64,000 nucleotides of DNA from Candidatus Latescibacterota bacterium. Its GTDB lineage: Bacteria; Latescibacterota; CBDEFO01. A model generated the notes under the pieces. That model searched no databases. It was not told the DNA's origin and saw nothing but the letters and a program-made list of their open reading frames with translations. Numbering within the stretch: position 1 is the first letter of the stretch; the number at the start of each line of letters is the position of its first letter. Both the position numbers and the translations under genes were made by a program. The stretch lies in contig CBDEFO010000007.1 in the NCBI GenBank assembly GCA_965237525.1, positions 160,001 to 224,000 of the forward strand, in the 5' to 3' direction. Below, in pieces: positions 61,311 through 64,000 of this stretch.

Positions 61311-62066
61311 ATGAGCAAAATGTACGATTTGCTTAAAGAGTTTATCCCAAATGACCACAGTCGTCAAGTTAACTCGATGTACTATATTAAATACGTCCTA
61401 GGAGATAATGACATAAGATGGGTGATGGACCTGGGGTGTGGAGCCGGGAACTTGGTAGACTACTTCCGAAGGAAGGATCCAAGTATCAGATGGGTCGGTC
61501 TAGATATAGAGGAATCGCCGGAGGTAATGTCACGGACGAAAACCGATGCAGACTTCTATAGGTTTGACGGTATACATATACCTTTCGATGACAATTATTT
61601 TGACCTGATTTACTGCAATCAAGTACTTGAACATGTGAGATACCCTAGCGATCTTTTGAAGGAAGTTTATAGAGTTCTCAGACATAACGGACATTTCGTT
61701 GGATCTACTTCCCAACTTGAACCTTATCACTCATACAGTTTGTGGAATTACACTCCTTATGGTTTTCGTCTCTTGATAGAAGAAGCGGGCTTGCAATTGA
61801 TAGAAATCAGGCCCAGTATCGATGCTCTTACCTTAATTATTAGGTGTAGCTTAGCTAATTCCAAGATCTTCTCACACTGGTGGGGGAAAGAATCTCCTCT
61901 TAATCAGGTCATCAGTTTCTTCGGAAAGATGATGAGAAAACGTTCGGCATCAGTCAATGCTGTGAAATTGCTTTTTTGTGGCCATTTTTGTTTTTTAGTT
62001 CGCAAATCGGATGCAACGCCAGAATCCTTGAAGGATGACACATCACTAATTGTTCCCTGGTGTTGA
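61311..62066 (+). CDS. Class I SAM-dependent methyltransferase
   Basis: MDLGCGAG, IPFDDNYFD, VLEHV and RVLRHNG. Confidence 0.9.
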   Translation: MSKMYDLLKEFIPNDHSRQVNSMYYIKYVLGDNDIRWVMDLGCGAGNLVDYFRRKDPSIRWVGLDIEESPEVMSRTKTDADFYRFDGIHIPFDDNYFDLIYCNQVLEHVRYPSDLLKEVYRVLRHNGHFVGSTSQLEPYHSYSLWNYTPYGFRLLIEEAGLQLIEIRPSIDALTLIIRCSLANSKIFSHWWGKESPLNQVISFFGKMMRKRSASVNAVKLLFCGHFCFLVRKSDATPESLKDDTSLIVPWC

Positions 62067-62093
62067 GGGAGTATTCTGAGAGGTCTAATCACT

Positions 62094-63230
62094 ATGTGTA
62101 ATTATACCTTGAAAAAGAAAGTGCTCTTTTCCTTGATACCCATAACTATCTCTGTCTCTCTTGGATTGGTTTTAGGTGAAATATACGTTCGCCTGTTTTC
62201 TCAAGAGGGATATATAACTCCGGAAATTCTGAAAAACAGATCTCTTCCATTTGTACCATCTCTTTTTTCAAGGCATGTCTTCCCGCGAAAAGAGAAGACG
62301 GCTTATGGATGGGATAACGCAAAATATTACATCAACGAAAAGGGTTATAGAGGGCATAATTTTACAGTTACAAAACCCCGGGGAACATTACGAATTATAT
62401 TCTATGGAGGTTCCGCTGTATTTGATTCACCGCAAACGAAAGATTGGCCACATAGGGTAGAAGGTATTCTCAGGCAAAACGGTTTTCCAGAGGTCGAAGT
62501 CATAAATGCCGGTATTTCTGGACATGCCTCTTTCGACTCGGTTGGCAGACTTTTCAGCGAAGGTCATATTTTCAGCCCTGATTATGTTATTTTGTATAAT
62601 GCATGGAATGACATTAAGTATTTTCGATCTAAGGAGCCTTTAATAAGGCTATTTCGACCTTTTGTTCAATCAAGTAATCCTTTCTTGAATTATCAAGGTG
62701 CGCTTGATCGTTTTTTGTGTGAGCACTCTCAACTGTACGTGCGCCTAAGATATAGATACTTTAACAGGACATTACGTGTGGGTGCAGAAGGTGTGAAACA
62801 AGCCGGAGAAGAATATTCTTCGGAGATTAGTGAATTAGGCTTGAGGCAGTATCGTCTGAATGTAGAGATGTTTGTCGACCTTGCTCGAAATATTGGCGCT
62901 GTTCCAATTTTGTTCACCCAGGCACGTCTGGTAACGCGAAGCAACACTGAGAGTCAAAAGGCGCGCATTGTGTATGATTACCAGTTCTTAACTCATCATG
63001 CTCTTTGTAAAGCGTTTGAGAAAACCGATGAAATAATTTATCGTGTAGCAAAAGCAAAAAACGTTTTAGTGATAGATGCTTCAAAACATCTTACCGGGGA
63101 AGACGATTTGTTTAGAGATCACGTTCATTTGACTGACAGGGGTGCCGAAGAGCTTGCACGCTTAACCGCCCAAGAGATGGCGGAACTTTTGAAGGAAAGA
63201 GCATCGAAGGAAGAGAGAGGGGACAAATAG
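62094..63230 (+). CDS. Membrane-anchored SGNH/GDSL hydrolase family protein
   Basis: TM helix, GGSAV, VINAGISG, WND and DHVH. Confidence 0.88.
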   Translation: MCNYTLKKKVLFSLIPITISVSLGLVLGEIYVRLFSQEGYITPEILKNRSLPFVPSLFSRHVFPRKEKTAYGWDNAKYYINEKGYRGHNFTVTKPRGTLRIIFYGGSAVFDSPQTKDWPHRVEGILRQNGFPEVEVINAGISGHASFDSVGRLFSEGHIFSPDYVILYNAWNDIKYFRSKEPLIRLFRPFVQSSNPFLNYQGALDRFLCEHSQLYVRLRYRYFNRTLRVGAEGVKQAGEEYSSEISELGLRQYRLNVEMFVDLARNIGAVPILFTQARLVTRSNTESQKARIVYDYQFLTHHALCKAFEKTDEIIYRVAKAKNVLVIDASKHLTGEDDLFRDHVHLTDRGAEELARLTAQEMAELLKERASKEERGDK

Positions 63231-63281
63231 GTTTTTCCTCTGAAAAACAGATGAACAAAAAAACAAAATCTAGTTCACAGT

Positions 63282-64000
63282 ATGCTTAAGGATATACAAT
63301 ACGCATCGATAATTACGTGTCTTTTTTGGGGGCGCCATTTCATGATAATTTCCCGACCGCATGAGGCATTTTACTATGGTCAGACATTGGAGGAATTTGT
63401 TTCTGTTTGTATTAGCCTTTTCTTGATTATTTTGGTCCTCTCTTTTGTGTTTTCGGCAGCCAGGAAGTTTTTACCAAAACAGTATAAAAGGATTGTATTC
63501 ACTACCTTATATATATCAATACTTCCTCTCTTAGATTTTATATTTATAGCTACTTTTGATGTTCCAATCACAGGATTTAGCAAATTTATATATCCTATTG
63601 TTACACTCGCTTATATTCCGGTTCTTATTTTAATTTCTTTTGGATTTAAATATCCAATAGAAAAACATGGAGATAGGATTATCGGCGTACTTTCATTTGT
63701 TTGCATATTAATTTTGTATTACGCAGTGCCACGATCATTTAGCAAAATCACTATAGAGAATGAATTTGTTCCTCAAAACGGACCTTCTGCACCTGTACAT
63801 TTGATTATTTTTGATGGAATGTCTTATGGTGCCCTTAGTGAACCGGATATAAGACATTTGTTTCCAAACCTTAATAGATCGTTTGCTAATGATAGTTTTG
63901 TTTTTGAGGACGCATATTCGCCAGGGGCTTGGACAAGAGACTCAATACCTAAGTTAATAACAGGGATAGAATATGATCGATATCGCGAAGAAGATCTACA
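63282..64000 (+). CDS. Membrane sulfatase/LTA-synthase-like protein (runs off the window)
   Basis: Several TM helices, then HLIIFDGMSY, FPNL and AYSPGAWTRDSIP. Confidence 0.7.
   Translation, partial: MLKDIQYASIITCLFWGRHFMIISRPHEAFYYGQTLEEFVSVCISLFLIILVLSFVFSAARKFLPKQYKRIVFTTLYISILPLLDFIFIATFDVPITGFSKFIYPIVTLAYIPVLILISFGFKYPIEKHGDRIIGVLSFVCILILYYAVPRSFSKITIENEFVPQNGPSAPVHLIIFDGMSYGALSEPDIRHLFPNLNRSFANDSFVFEDAYSPGAWTRDSIPKLITGIEYDRYREEDL

Noticed and set aside
1..64000. Genome-wide TAG recoding
   Set aside because: glgC, the FAH gene, the kinase, the NtrC regulator, gatC and gatA end at TAG at natural C-termini.
1..64000. CRISPR array, tRNA, rRNA, retron/DGR
   Set aside because: I saw no regularly spaced repeats, recognisable structural RNA genes or reverse transcriptase motifs.

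Overview
Bacterial chromosomal segment with no rRNA, tRNA or CRISPR that I could recognise. The lineage is probably FCB-group and Latescibacterota/Poribacteria-like, inferred from the dockerin-like/cohesin-like surface proteins, a T9SS/FlgD-type C-terminal domain and [TS]WGx[IV]K tails. Main content in order: a minus-strand kinase - response regulator - glgC - glnD run; a sigma54-driven ECF sigma factor; a ~1940-aa acidic Ig-repeat surface protein with a small cohesin-like partner; a three-ended IS1595 cargo element (MTase-endonuclease plus a high-GC outer-membrane protein); three further IS; larA-family, FAH, MBL and DAACS genes; a sodA/perR/aquaporin/Nramp cluster; an NtrC-type two-component pair; HTTM, SLT, EIIA and RpoD-like genes; gatCA; and a partly disrupted wzc polysaccharide locus. 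The most striking signal is that three unrelated secreted proteins end in the same short TxV-x3-[TS]WG[KR][IV]K motif, a candidate C-terminal sorting signal, and one of them is a cohesin-like protein encoded next to a dockerin-bearing giant surface protein. Several genes carry stops or frameshifts, which could be real decay or long-read error. All product calls come from motif recognition by eye, not database searches.
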